Assembly (NCBI GenBank): GCA_002269645.1
Contig: NIVC01003290.1
Location: 1-49,622 of the forward strand
Length of the DNA stretch: 49,622 bases
Direction: 5' to 3'
Source of the DNA: Macrostomum lignano
Lineage: Eukaryota
Each line of letters opens with the position of its first letter. Positions within the stretch are counted from its first letter, which is position 1. Shown in pieces: positions 1 to 12,452 of this stretch. A model generated the notes under the pieces. The model searched no databases, had not been told where the DNA came from, and saw nothing but the letters and a program-made list of their open reading frames with translations. Both the position numbers and the translations under genes were made by a program.

Positions 1-3000
1 GGTCTGGTGCTCGCGCGAGGGCCGTGGACTCGCGTGCGGCAGGCACTGGCTGTGGGGTCCAGCAGGGCCTCCGGCCTGCACGCCACCGTCCGCCTGGTTG
101 AGAACAGCCGGCGCAGGCCGCCGACACGGATGCCGCGGCACGAACTGACCGCCGCGGTGCGGGACCTCACCTACCAGTTTGGGGTGCCGGCCCACTGGGA
201 AATCGATCCTACGCCCTTCACCGCCGTCACCTTTCCCTTCCTGTTTGCCATCATGTTTGGCTGACTGGGGCCACGGCTTGTGCTCATGGCGCTGGCGCTG
301 GCGCTGTTCTGCCGCCGGACGCTTCCTCCACCCGGACGTGGCCCGCCAGCCTGGCGCCGCTGCGGCCGGGGCGCCACCTCCTTCTCATGTGCGCCGTTTT
401 TGCGGTGTACTGCGGCGCCGTCCTCAACGACGGCTTCGGCGCTGACCGGCGGCTGGCGCGCCGACACTCACAGTTCTCCATGGGCAACCTCACCTCACCT
501 ATGGGACTTTCGTTAACCAGTGAGTGGGTGCGGGACTGTGCTGGCAACCTCACCTATGGGACTTTCGTTAACCAGTGAGTGGGTGCGGGACTGTGCTGGC
601 AACCTCACCTATGGGACTTTCGTTAACCAGTGAGTGGGTGCGGGACTGTGCTGGCAACCTCACCTATGGGACTTTCGTTAACCAGTGAGTGGGTGCGGGA
701 CTGTGCTGGCAACCTCACCTATGGACTTTCGTTAACCAGTGAGTGGGTGCGGGACTGTGCTGGCAACCTCACCTATGGGACTTTCGTTAACCAGTGAGTG
801 GGTGCGGGACTGTGCTGGCAACCTCACCTATGGGACTTTCGTTAACCAGTGAGTGGGTGCGGGACTGTGCTGGCAACCTCACCTATGGGACTTTCGTTAA
901 CCAGTGAGTGGGTGCGGGACTGTGCTGGCAACCTCACCTATGGGACTTTCGTTAACCAGTGAGTGGGTGCGGGACTGTGCTGGCAACCTCACTTATGAAC
1001 GAGGAATCTTCCAGAGACTTTTTCGTTGACAGTGACGGACTATTAATATTTTCTTATTCGCACAACCTTATAGGTCGATATCACAGCTGCAGCTCGCACC
1101 AAAGGAGGATGGTCACGTGATGAGCTGGGTACCGACAGCATGTGGGCAGCGCGGCTAATCAGGTGAGATTTTGTGGATTTTAAATCCCGCCGTGTAAAAA
1201 TTGCTAGATTTGGTTAGGGTGGCACAAGGGTAGCGCTCAGATAGTGCACTGATATATTCCACGTTCATTTGGTGCACACGTACTGGTTTTCGCTGACGAG
1301 AGCCAAGGCACAAGGCGTAGCGGAAATCGCCTCTTCGCTGGCTGCAGGTCGACTGGATCGCCAGAAGTTTCTGCAAAATTACAAAAAGATTCACAATTTA
1401 AAATCCAGAAATATGCAGGGCTGCCGCTACAAAATTATTATATATTCATCACGTGACCCAACTGCAGGTGAAATTTCTCAACTCCGCGCGCATGAAGCTG
1501 AGCATCATTTTCGGCACCTGCATTTGGGCCTCGGCCTCGCCCTCCAACTCGTCAACGACATCCGAGCTGGCCGGACCGCCCGCGTGTGGCTGTTCAGCTC
1601 CGCCAAGATGGCCTTCCACTGCCTGCTGACGGGCTACCCCGTGGCCCTCATCCTGCGCAAGTGGCTGGCCGTGCTGCCCCGCGATGCCGCCTGCGCTCCC
1701 GCCCTGCTGCCCATGCTGATCGCCATGTACCGCCTGGAGTACACGGAGACACCTTGCTACCTGGCCACCTACTATTCCGGACAGGTGGGTGAGCTCTGCA
1801 CTAATATTGGGGACGCTGATCCATAATGGTCTATTGGGGATGCTGATCCCATCATGGTCTGTTGGGGATGCTGATCCCATCATGGTCTATTGGGGATGCT
1901 GGTCCCATCATGGTCTATTGAGGATGCTGATCCCATCATGGTCTGTTGGGATGCTGATCCCATCATGGTCTGTTGGGGATGCTGATCCCATCATGGTCTG
2001 TTGGGGATGCTGGTCCCATCATGGTCTGTTGGGGATGCTGGTCCCATCATGGTCTATTGGGGATGCTGATCCCACATGGTCTATTGGGGATGCTGGTCCC
2101 ATCATGGTCTGTTGGGGATGCTGATCCCATCATGGTCTATTGAGGAATGCTGATTCCACATGGTCTATTGGGGATGCTGGTCCCATCATGGTCTGTTGGG
2201 GATGCTGATCCCATCATGGTCTATTGAGGAATGCTGATTCCACATGGTCTATTGGGATGCTGGTCCCATCATGGTCTGTTGGGGATGCTGATCCCATCAT
2301 GGTCTATTGAGGAATGCTGATCCCACATGGTCTATTGGGGATGCTGGTCCCATCATGGTCTATTGGGGATGCTGGTCCCATCATGGTCTATTGGGGATGC
2401 TGATCCCATCATGGTCTATTGGGGATGCTGGTCCCATCATGGTCCATGGGGGGGATGCTAGCCCCATCATGGTCTTTTGGGTACACAGATCCCACGGTCA
2501 CTCTAAGCGACCAGTCTGCATTCAGAAGCCACGAGCCCTCCCAACCCAATGCCCGCCCGCCCGCAGCGCTACGTGGAGCACGCCATTGTAGCCGGCGTAG
2601 CGGCCAGCGCTCTGCTCGCCATCTTCGGGTTGCCGATCCACCATGCGCTGACCAGTAGAGGCAGTAGCAGCTCCAAGGCGAAGGCGGAACAGAAACTGAC
2701 GGCTGCAGCCACCGACGTCCCCGGAGACCGCGAAGAAGAGGAGATTGGCAGGGGCAAGTCTGACTCGGCGATGCCGCTGACGCCCCTGTCATCGTCCAGC
2801 AACTCCGGCAGTCGAGGAAAGTCGCTGCCGAAGCTCGAGCCGGAGCCGCTGGACTGTGCTCACGGGAGAAGCAGTTCGACCTGCTTGAGCACTGCCTGGC
2901 CTGCTTTGAGTTCTTGCTCAGCTCGCTGTCGCATTCGGCCTCCTACCTGCGACTGTGGGCCATCGGACTTGCGCACGGAGGTGACGGCTGCCAGACTAAC

Positions 3001-4508
3001 AGCTTTGGAATAAATAGAAGCAGGAAAGCTTCTGTTTCTATGCCATACTGTGCACTGGAGTTTGTGTTTATGCCATACTGTGCATTGGAGTTTGTGTTTA
3101 TGCCATACTGTGCACTGGAGTTTGTGTTTATGCCATGATGTGCACTGGAGTTTGTGTTTATGCCATACTGTGCACTGGAGTTTGTGTTTATGCCATGCTG
3201 TGCACTGGAGTTTGTGTTTATGCCATACTGTGCATTGGAGTTTGTGTTTATGCCATACTGTGCACTGGAGTTTGTGTTTATGCCATGCTGTGCACTGGAG
3301 TTTGTGTTTATGCCATGATGTGCACTGGAGTTTGTGTTTATGCCATACTGTGCACTGGAGTTTGTGTTTATGCCATGCTGTGCACTGGAGTTTGTGTTTA
3401 TGCCATGATGTGCACTGGAGTTTGTGTTTGTGCCATGCCGTGCCCTGTGATTCCGCCTCAAGCACTTATCTCTCAAGTCCTCTTCACCCGCCGGCAGAGC
3501 TGACGGCGATCATGTGGCCGATGCTGCTGATGCCGCCCACCCGCCTGGCGGATCTGCTGGCTGCCAGTCCCACAGCCGCCCTGCTGCTGGGTGGCCTTAC
3601 CCTGGCGGCCAGCTTCTGCCTGTGGGCCTGCATCACAGTGTGCATCCTGGTTGGCATGGAGGGCATGACGGCCCTGCTGCACTCGCTGCGGTTGCACTGG
3701 TGAGTCTGGTGGAGGGGCTTCTAGCGAGCTGCATTGCGTCTGACTTTCACTAAAGTCTTTGGGTTCGATTCCGCTCGCAGCCACATTCCCTTCATTCACG
3801 GAGAGTGTGTGCCTGCGTACGTAGCCGAGTGCCATTCCGTATAGGTGTGCGGCTAAAGTAATCTGCAGGAGTGTGACTGCAATTGGCTCCTCGCTGGCTG
3901 CGGGGTCGCCTTGCGGCAACGCCTGCAAAAGCCCCTGTGAGCGCCCGAAAGCCCCTGTGAGAGCTCCAAAGCCCGTGTGAGCGCCCTAAAGCCCATGTGA
4001 GAGCCCTAAATAAAGCCCATGTGACCGCCCTAAAGCTTATGTGAGAGCCCTAAAGGCCATGTGAGCGCCCCAAAGCCCCTGTGAGAGCCCTAAAGCCCAT
4101 CCATGTAAGCCCATCCATGTGAGCGCCCCATGCAAAGCCCTTGTGAGTGCCCTAAAGTCCATGTGAGCGCCCTAAAGCCCATGTGAGCGGTCAAAAGCCC
4201 CTGTGAGCGCCCAGAAGCCCCTGTGAGAGCCCTAATTAAAGCTCATGTGAGATGACCGCAAGCGACAGGGGAACCCAGCTCAGCCAAACTCAGCGGTCTG
4301 GCTGTAGTGTGTGGCTCAGTTTGGCTGAACTCTACAGAGAATAGGCTGCTCACTGCCTTGCACCCCGCCCTTCACAGGATTGAGTTCCAGTCCAAGTTCT
4401 ACTCGGGGGGCCGGCTACATGTTCCGACCTTTCTCCCTCAAAGCGGAGGTCAGGCAGGCCATGGACAGCTGCGCGGATTTCGCGGCCTCTGGTGAGGAAT
4501 TCCACTGA
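1..4508 (+). CDS. ATP6V0A: V-type H+-ATPase V0 subunit a (ATP6V0A/Vph1 family), 5'-partial, 6 visible exons, several apparent frameshifts
   Basis: Exons approx. <1-519 (or 574), 1074-1162, 1468-1784, 2567-2980, 3498-3699, 4378-4508, all with GT-AG ends. Family motifs: FGVPAHWEIDPTPFTAVTFPFLFAIMFG(D)WGHG, GRHLLLMCAVFAVYCGAVLND, GTDSMW, KFLNSARMKLSIIFG, APALL..YSGQ, LSHSASYLRLWAIGLAHG, MEGMTALLHSLRLHW|IEFQSKFYSG. Frame switches are needed to join these motifs. Confidence 0.93.
484..993 (+). repeat. 55-bp tandem array, about 9 copies, each containing the exon end plus 5' splice site (AACCA|GTGAGT)
   Basis: Unit aacctcacctatgggactttcgttaaccagtgagtgggtgcgggactgtgctggc. GT positions at 520, 575, 630, 685, 739, 794, 849, 904, 959. 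Confidence 0.97.
1805..2475. repeat. ~28-bp intronic minisatellite (about 23 imperfect copies)
   Basis: Unit ggggatgctgatcccatcatggtctatt, inside V-ATPase intron 1785-2566. Confidence 0.95.
3037..3437. repeat. 30-bp intronic minisatellite (about 13 copies)
   Basis: Unit atgccatactgtgcactggagtttgtgttt, inside intron 2981-3497. It generates the spurious ORFs 2860-3465, 2943-3476, 3050-3703 and 3135-3503. Confidence 0.97.
3708..3905 (+). mobile_element. possible tRNA-derived SINE in V-ATPase intron
   Basis: Pol III B-box GGTTCGATTCC at about 3762-3772, preceded by hairpin gacttt-cact-aaagtc and flanked by gcgagc/gctcgc. No complete cloverleaf. Confidence 0.35.
3910..4240. repeat. ~20-bp degenerate minisatellite
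   Basis: Repeated aaagcccctgtgagcgccct variants in intron 3700-4377. Confidence 0.9.
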
Positions 4509-6354
4509 GCTACATGTACATCAGGAAGTCTAGCTGGAACTTTGCTACTGTACAAACTGTTTCGGATCGTTATTGTGAACGCATTGTTGAATTTACTATG
4601 CCAGCATGCGATGCTGTAATACTCTAAAGTTTTACTACTTTAGCGATTACCTCCTGTCAAATTCTCACAAAACAACAAAATTTCCGTAGTGCTTCAACTG
4701 GTCGGATCATGGACCACTGATGCCACATTCATGTCGGAACTCTTCGAATTTATAAACAAACATTTTGAAGGCCATGTTACGGTTCGAAACGCGTTAGCAA
4801 GATTGTTTAGTTTTTAGCGCTCAATTGCAACTCGTCTGATCTTCCAACATGCAAGAAATTTGGCCTGTTCGCTTTGATCGGAGTCGCTTCACAAAATTGC
4901 CGATTTTAAGTTTTGAAAAGATACTGTAGGACACAGCAGAGGCTTTATCTAGACGTACTTAAACGGCTTTGCTCATACGATACATGGTCAGTCATCAGCA
5001 TTAGAGATTCAAGCAGAGAGAAAGAGGGTTTCTGCTATGCCGACTGCAGATGCGGATAAACTGAAAAACTGCTACTGCTACAAAGGCCTTAAGTTGCAGC
5101 ATTGTTTGCGTCGCAATATGAGAGCATCCGGGATCGCTCGTTGTTCTTTAGAATTGCTGCATTTTCCAGTCTGCTACCTGCGCATACCTTTTTAAATGCA
5201 CGATTTAATCCGAGCTGATCTCTTAACCGTCTTCATTATATACCTATTTGAGATTGTCAAAACTGCAATAAATTTCGCCCACAGAAACTCATGCACATCC
5301 ATGTCCCGTTATGACTCAAGACGGGGGCTTGCGGACAAACAAATTCATTAAAACGTTGGGAGTTTCTGCAATTGGGTGCATTTTGCAGAAAGCAGCCAAG
5401 TCAAAGAGCCTACATGTATTACGCAAAGACTTCAAAATCGACTGCAGCTTGAAATTTCTCCATGGTATTTGAGGACTGTTCTCAGTGAGCAGGTATTTGA
5501 TAAACGGTTTGCCACGCTCATTGCCGGTCCAATTGTGGAATTCGGCAGGTAATCCGTCGCTCTGATAATCCGCTCTCATTAAGAGGCAGAGTTAACACAA
5601 TATCCTTATTTTCTCACTGGGGCAGCGCGAGTCGCAGAGGGAGAATCGGCATTCTTTCAAATCGTAATTAATCAACATAGTTTATAATAACAAAAACAAA
5701 AACAAAAAAAATAATAATAAATAATACTAATAATGATAACCAACAACGCCCTCTCCGCAGTGTCAATAGCAATTCAGAGACAAACAGTGGCGGGCATTTC
5801 GCATCAAGCCGCACTCGATATGATGGCGCAGGCCCGCAAAGCAGATCAAACTGACTATTTCAATGCAGACATTTCCAATTACGTGTATTTCAATAAAAAC
5901 TCAAAAAGGCAAATGGTAAAAACCTGCGAGAGAAAAAAGCAAATTTCAAACACAAACTGTGATTGCTGGCAAATTAAGCCAAAAGCAAAGTCATCTAAAA
6001 CTAAAATGAGATTCGATGACGAAGGTTCCAGTGAAATGATAAGATATTATACTATATTAATCAGATATGATTGGCAGCAAAAAAGCAAAAAGGTAAAACG
6101 GTGAACGAATGATGCCCAGAAATTTTTAAATCGAAAAAGAATTCGCGTGTGGACAAGCGTTAAAAATGAGCTTCAAGTGAAATTGTGACTAGATAAGGTG
6201 GCTCAGGTAGCAGAGCATTGCAGTGACCGTCAGAATCAAGCAGAGCATACGCAGATAATAAGCGAATCACAGCGACAACAGGAGCGGCAAGAGGCCGCCA
6301 GACTCCAGAACCCAGTAGCCTCCGCAACTTCCCCGGCATTCGCCACCGCTGCTA

Positions 6355-9300
6355 CTAATAGTAGGAGGCGTTGCGCCAGTAGGCGGGGTTGGGCCGGCCG
6401 TAGCGGGGCGGCAGCCGCTCCGTGTCGTAGCCGAGGCCCTCCAGCATTGGCGCCAGGCGGGGCGCGGCCAGGGCGAACTCTGGCGACATGCCACGCGCCC
6501 AGGCCGCCAGGCTGGCCAGGTACAGCGGCTGGCGCACCTGATCGGAGCTGCGCTCGGTGTCTGAGAGGCGCACCTGGCGTCCGACCTCCAGCCAGGGCGA
6601 CAGCATCGCCGGCTCCGATGGCAGGCCGAGGAATTCGGACACCCGGCCGACCCAGAGCGGCGGGTCCAAGACCAGGTCCTCGTAGCGGACCGCCAGACAG
6701 CGGGACCCCAGCTCCTGACACTGCCGGTACATCACCGACACCTGAGGGTCAGAGAAAAATGTCAGAAACGTTTTGACAGCCAATTTGCATTGTCGGCAAC
6801 TACTGACACAATTGACACGATCATACATTGCGAGCTAATACCCTACAGCTACTGACACAATTGACACGATCATACATTGCGAGCGAATACCCTACAGCTA
6901 CTGACACAATTGACACGATCATACATTGCGAGCGAATACCCTACAGCTACTGACACAATTGACACGATCATACATTGCGAGCTAATACCCTACAGCTACT
7001 GACACAATCGACACGATCATACATTGCGAGCGAATACCCTACAGCTACTGACACAATTGACACGATCATACATTGCGAGCTAATACCCTACAGCTACTGA
7101 CACAATTGACACGATCATACATTGCGAGCTAATACCCTACAGCTACTGACACAATTGACACGATCATACATTGCGAGCGAATACCCTACAGCTACTGACA
7201 CAATTGACACGATCATACATTGCGAGCGAATACCCTACAGCTACTGACACAATTGACACGATCATACATTGCGAGCTAATACCCTACAGCTACTGACACA
7301 ATTGACACGATCATACATTGCGAGCTAATACCCTACAGCTACTGACACAATCGACACGATCATACATTGCGAGCTAATACCCTACAGCTACTGACACAAT
7401 TGACACGATCATACATTGCGAGCTAATACCCTACAGCTACTGACACAATTGACACGATCATACATTGCGAGCTAATACCCTACAGCTACTGACACAATCG
7501 ACACGATCATACATTGCGAGCTAATACCCTACAGCTACTGACACAATCGACACGATCATACATTGCGAGCTAATACCCTACAGCTACTGACACAATTGAC
7601 ACGATCATACATTGCGAGCTAATACCCTACAGCTACTGACACAATTGACACGATCATACATTGCGAGCTAATACCCTACAGCTACTGACACAATTGACAC
7701 GATCATACATTGCGAGCTAATACCCTACAGCTACTGACACAATTGACACGATCATACATTGCGAGCTAATACCCTACAGCTACTGACACAATTGACACGA
7801 TCATACATTGCGAGCTAATACCCTACAGCTACTGACACAATTGACACGATCATACATTGCGAGCTAATACCCTACAGCTACTGACACAATTGACACGATC
7901 ATACATTGCGAGCTAATACCCTACAGCTACTGACACAATTGACACGATCATACATTGCGAGCTAATACCCTACAGCTACTGACACAATTGACACGATCAT
8001 ACATTGCGAGCTAATACCCTACAGCTACTGACACAATTGACACGATCATACATTGCGAGCGAATACCCTACAGCTACTGACACAATTGACACGATCATAC
8101 ATTGCGAGCTAATACCCTACAGCTACTGACACAATTGACACGATCATACATTGCGAGCGAATACCCTACAGCTACTGACACAATTGACACGATCATACAT
8201 TGCGAGCTAATACCCTACAGCTACTGACACAATTGACACGATCATACATTGCGAGCGAATACCCTACAGCTACTGACACAATTGACACGATCATACATTG
8301 CGAGCTAATACCCTACAGCTACTGACACAATTGACACGATCATACATTGCGAGCTAATACCCTACAGCTACTGACACAATTGACACGATCATACATTGCG
8401 AGCTAATACCCTACAGCTACTGACACAATTGACACGATCATACATTGCGAGCGAATACCCTACAGCTACTGACACAATTGACACGATCATACATTGCGAG
8501 CTAATACCCTACAGCTACTGACACAATCGACACGATCATACATTGCGAGCTAATACCCTACAGCTACTGACACAATTGACACGATCATACATTGCGAGCT
8601 AATACCCTACAGCTACTGACACAATTGACACGATCATACATTGCGAGCTAATACCCTACAGCTACTGACACAATTGACACGATCATACATTGCGAGCTAA
8701 TACCCTACAGCTACTGACACAATTGACACGATCATACATTGCGAGCTAATACCCTACAGCTACTGACACAATTGACACGATCATACATTGCGAGCTAATA
8801 CCCTACAGTTTTGGCTCAGCACCCCATCGGGCACTTCAACAAACCTGGGCATTCCACCTGGCCAGGCAGTCCATGGGCCGGTTGAGATCAAACCCGGTGA
8901 TGCGGATCTTCCTGCTGATAGCCGAGTGAACGAAGGCGCGTCCATCCCGCAGCATGAGGATGAACTTAGCGCTGGGAAACAGTCGGCCGAGCAGGCGCGA
9001 GTGGGCCATGATGTAGGGGTCCTTGGCGCAGAGGCGGCGTGACGGCGGCCCATTGCGCATGAGAATCTGCACGGCGAGTTTTGGTGGTCGAAGACCCGTT
9101 TTCATAACAATGCACAAGCGAGATAAGAACACCCCCCTCCCCTACTACGTGTTTGGCACCTCTATCCAAAGCGAATTCACAAGTCAATTCAGCCAAAAAA
9201 CCTTGAAAAGTCCTCTAAATTCTGGCTCTGTGCCCTCCTAAGGGACGGGAAGCAGCAAGTGTTAGAGGCCGATCTCGAATTCTTGAAAAGCATGAATTGG

Positions 9301-10893
9301 ATAAATAGGTTTGCTTTTTACCACAGACAAAAACTCTGTGGTAAAGCCTCCAGCTTTTGTCGTTTCATGACCCAGTATTAAAGTAGTCCCTGGCACCCCG
9401 CCAGCTGAATTTTTGCCATTGGAAAGGTGCCTTACTTAGTCTGTTCCCGCCGCAGCCTCACCTGCATGATGAAGGCGGCAGTGGCGGCCTCCAGAGGGCG
9501 GCCCAAAATGCCGGCCGCCCTCAGCCGCTGCGACTCGAGCTTCTCGGTCTCCCACCGGGTCAGCAGTTGCAGCAGGCGCGGCACAACGCGAGTCTCCACG
9601 CCGCAGCGCACAGCGGAGTGCGCGTCAAGGATGGTCCGCATGAGGGTGGTCCCGCTGCGGGGCATGCCGCCTATGAAGACGAACGGGTGATCCGCGGTCA
9701 CCGAGTAAACCACCTGGCATGGGGGAGCGCTGACAGTCACTGCATGCTGGCAAATGAGCAAATGTATCAAAATATGGCACAGCTCAGTCAGCAGGGACAC
9801 AGCTCGGTCAGTAGGGACACAGCTCAGTCAGCAGGGACACAGCTCAGTCAGCAGGGACACAGCTCGGTCAGTAGGGACACAGCTCAGTCAGCAGGGACAC
9901 AGCTCAGTCAGCAGGGACACAGCTCAGGCAGCAGGGACACAGCTCAGTCAGCAGGGACACAGCTTGGTCAGCAGGTACACAGCTCAGTCAGCAGGTACAC
10001 AGCTCAGTCAGCAGGTACACAGCTCGGTCAGTAGGGACACAGCTCGGTCAGTAGGGACACAGCTCAGTCAGCAGGGACACAGCTCAGTCAGCAGGGACAC
10101 AGCTCAGTCAGCAGGACACAGCTCGGTCAGTAGGGACACAGCTCAGTCAGCAGGGACACAGCTCAGTCAGCAGGGACACAGCTCAGGCAGCAGGGACACA
10201 GCTCAGTCAGCAGGGACACAGCTTGGTCAGCAGGTACACAGCTCAGTCAGCAGGTACACAGCTCAGTCAGCAGGGACACAGCTCAGTCAGCAGGGACACA
10301 GCTTGGTCAGCAGGGACACAGCTTGGTCAGCAGGTACACAGCTCAGTCAGCAGGGACACAGCTTGGTCAGCAGGGACACAGCTTGGTCAGCAGGTACACA
10401 GCTTGGTCAGCAGGGACACAGCTTGGTCAGCAGGTACACAGCTTGGTCAGCAGGGACACAGCTCAGTCAGCAGGGACACAGCTTGGTCAGCAGGTACACA
10501 GCTTGGTCAGCAGGTACACAGCTTGGTCAGCAGGGACACAGCTCAGTCAGCAGGTACACAGCTTGGTCAGCAGGGACACAGCTTGGTCAGCAGGTACACA
10601 GCTTGGTCAGCAGGGACACAGCTCAGTCAGCAGGTACACAGCTTGGTCAGCAGGGACACAGCTCAGCCTACACAACAATAGTGTGAATCGCAACAATTAT
10701 AGAAGAGTCTCACAGTCTGGTTGGCGTCTTGCAGCTGCTCGGTGATGGAGAGACTGGGCTGGCAGGGGGCAAAGGGTCCCCAGCCCAGCCAGTACATGGT
10801 CAAGGCGCACAGGCCGCTCAGACAGGCCACGACTGATCCCCTGCGCTTCGGCCGATGCCAGAAACAGCGGAGCCAGTGGCAGTGGGTTGTCAT
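6355..10893 (-). CDS. TPST: Protein-tyrosine sulfotransferase, complete, 4 coding exons, 346 aa
   Basis: Exons 10893-10714, 9713-9462, 9066-8845, 6741-6355, all phase 0 and GT-AG. N-terminal signal anchor (SVVACLSGLCALTMYWLGW), 5'-PSB motif FIGGMPRSGTTLMR, CGVETRVVPRLL, LCAKDP, FPSAKFILMLRDGRAFVHSAISRK (3'-PB), YEDLVLDP, SSDQVRQPLY. Confidence 0.97.
6806..8807. repeat. 49-bp intronic minisatellite, about 41 near-identical copies
   Basis: Unit ctacagctactgacacaattgacacgatcatacattgcgagctaatacc. It fills TPST intron 6742-8844. Confidence 0.99.
9779..10667. repeat. 20-bp intronic minisatellite, about 44 copies
   Basis: Unit cagctcagtcagcagggaca with variants (cttgg, ggta). It fills TPST intron 9714-10713. 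Confidence 0.97.
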
Positions 10894-11901
10894 GGCAACC
10901 TGTCTGAACGGATCAACGCGCCGCCAGAAGAAAGAAACAAAGAAAAGGGATTTGAAAGACTTGACTCTGTTTCAGTCTAAATGACTGCATTGGCCGGGGG
11001 TCCCGGGTTTCGATTCGGCATCAATGTGGGGAGAGCTTGTGAATCTGGTACGAATGATGGCCAGTGTCAAAGGACACAGCATAGAAGCGCAAATACCTAC
11101 ATGAAAATGGGAGTCATGACAGCTGCACATCCGGTGTGCCGAGAAGAGTCAGTGGAATAAGGAGAAAAGCATCGGCCGAAGGCGTCACACACCCTGCATT
11201 GGGGTCCAGCTCATCGAAAAAAGTATAACAAAGTCCAGTTCAAAGTGCCAGCTTCAGGCTGTTTATTTAAGAAGTAAATTGGCATGATTAGCGGGCTTCA
11301 ATAAAAATCGAAATCGTCATTATTGTTCCACGCGAAATGTCTGGGTTATGACTGGCCAGAGGTGGCAGAAGACGCGATAAAATTTACTGTGTTAAAAAGA
11401 CACCGAAAACCGGAAGGTACAGGTTGAGTCAATGGAAAGTCGAGTAGGTCAAATATCTGTACAGCAGGCATAAACTGAGCGCTCGCCTGGCTGGGAGGGG
11501 CTGCTTGCGCCTAGCTGGCCTTGAACTGATCGAGAGCGCGGGCGCCAATGTGGTGCACATGGCATGGTGGAAGCAGGCACAGACTGAATACGGTAAATTG
11601 TCTTGAGCTTCAAATTCAAGATTCAAGATTTTCAAATTTGAGTTGGATGTAACACGAAATTTAAATCATTGACATTGCTTCCTCGCTACTTTTACGCACT
11701 AACATTCGAGCGTATTGATAATGTTGTCCTAAAGAATCCCCGAAAAGAGATTCAAGATCAAGATCGATTGAGAGCATAAGGAAAAAACAGTGGCTTTCTA
11801 ATAGAAAAAAAATCAAAATGACTGCGGCGAATGGGTTTCTACCGGAGGGCAAACAGGAATGCATGCACCCAACCCTTGATTGAGCCGATTCGATTGCTAC
11901 T

Positions 11902-12318
11902 TACTCACTCAGCCAATTTGATTGCAGGCACCTCACCATGGGACACCTCAGCTACTCACTCAGCCAATTTGATTGCAGGTACCTCACCATGGGACACCTC
12001 AGCTACTCACTCAGCTAATTTGATTGCAGGCACCTCACCATGGGACACACCTCAGCTACTCACTCAGCCAATTTGATTGCAGGCACCTCACCATGGGACA
12101 CCTCAGCTACTCACTCAGCTAATTTGATTGCAGGCACCTCACCATGGGACACCTCAGCTACTCACTCAGCCAATTTGATTGCAGGCACCTCATCATGGGA
12201 CACCTCAGCTACTCACTCAGCCAATTTGATTGCAGGCACCTCACCATGGGACACCTCAGCTACTCACTCAGCCAATTTGATTGCAGGCACCTCACCATGG
12301 GACACCTCAGCTACTCGC
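11902..12318. repeat. 51-bp minisatellite, about 8 copies, between the ENPP stop and the TPST start
   Basis: Unit ctcactcagccaatttgattgcaggcacctcaccatgggacacctcagcta. Confidence 0.96.
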
Positions 12319-12452
12319 TCAACAAGTGGCTCAGAGACCAGCATACAGTTGCGCTTCATGCAAGCAGCATATATCTAGGTGGCAGGTGTCAATCAAGCGG
12401 TCAAATGGAAAATAACTAACTAAAAATCTGGCTCAATCTCCGAGCCAGTTAG

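Noticed and set aside
4520-6200. ORFs 5316-5579 and 5733-6104 as genes or a transposase relic
   Set aside because: No recognisable motif or splice structure could be supported; left unannotated.
6198-6776. Overlapping plus-strand and alternate-frame ORFs over GC-rich exons (also 22392-22819, 25894-26374, 46871-47503)
   Set aside because: Shadow ORFs caused by high GC3 and stop-codon scarcity in real exons.
6806-8807. CRISPR array (also considered for the other 30-55-bp arrays)
   Set aside because: Units are head-to-tail with no unique spacers, there are no cas genes, and the context is eukaryotic introns.
9754-10745. ORFs of 140-310 aa with SQQGHSSVSRDTA repeats
   Set aside because: Translation of the 20-bp TPST intron array.
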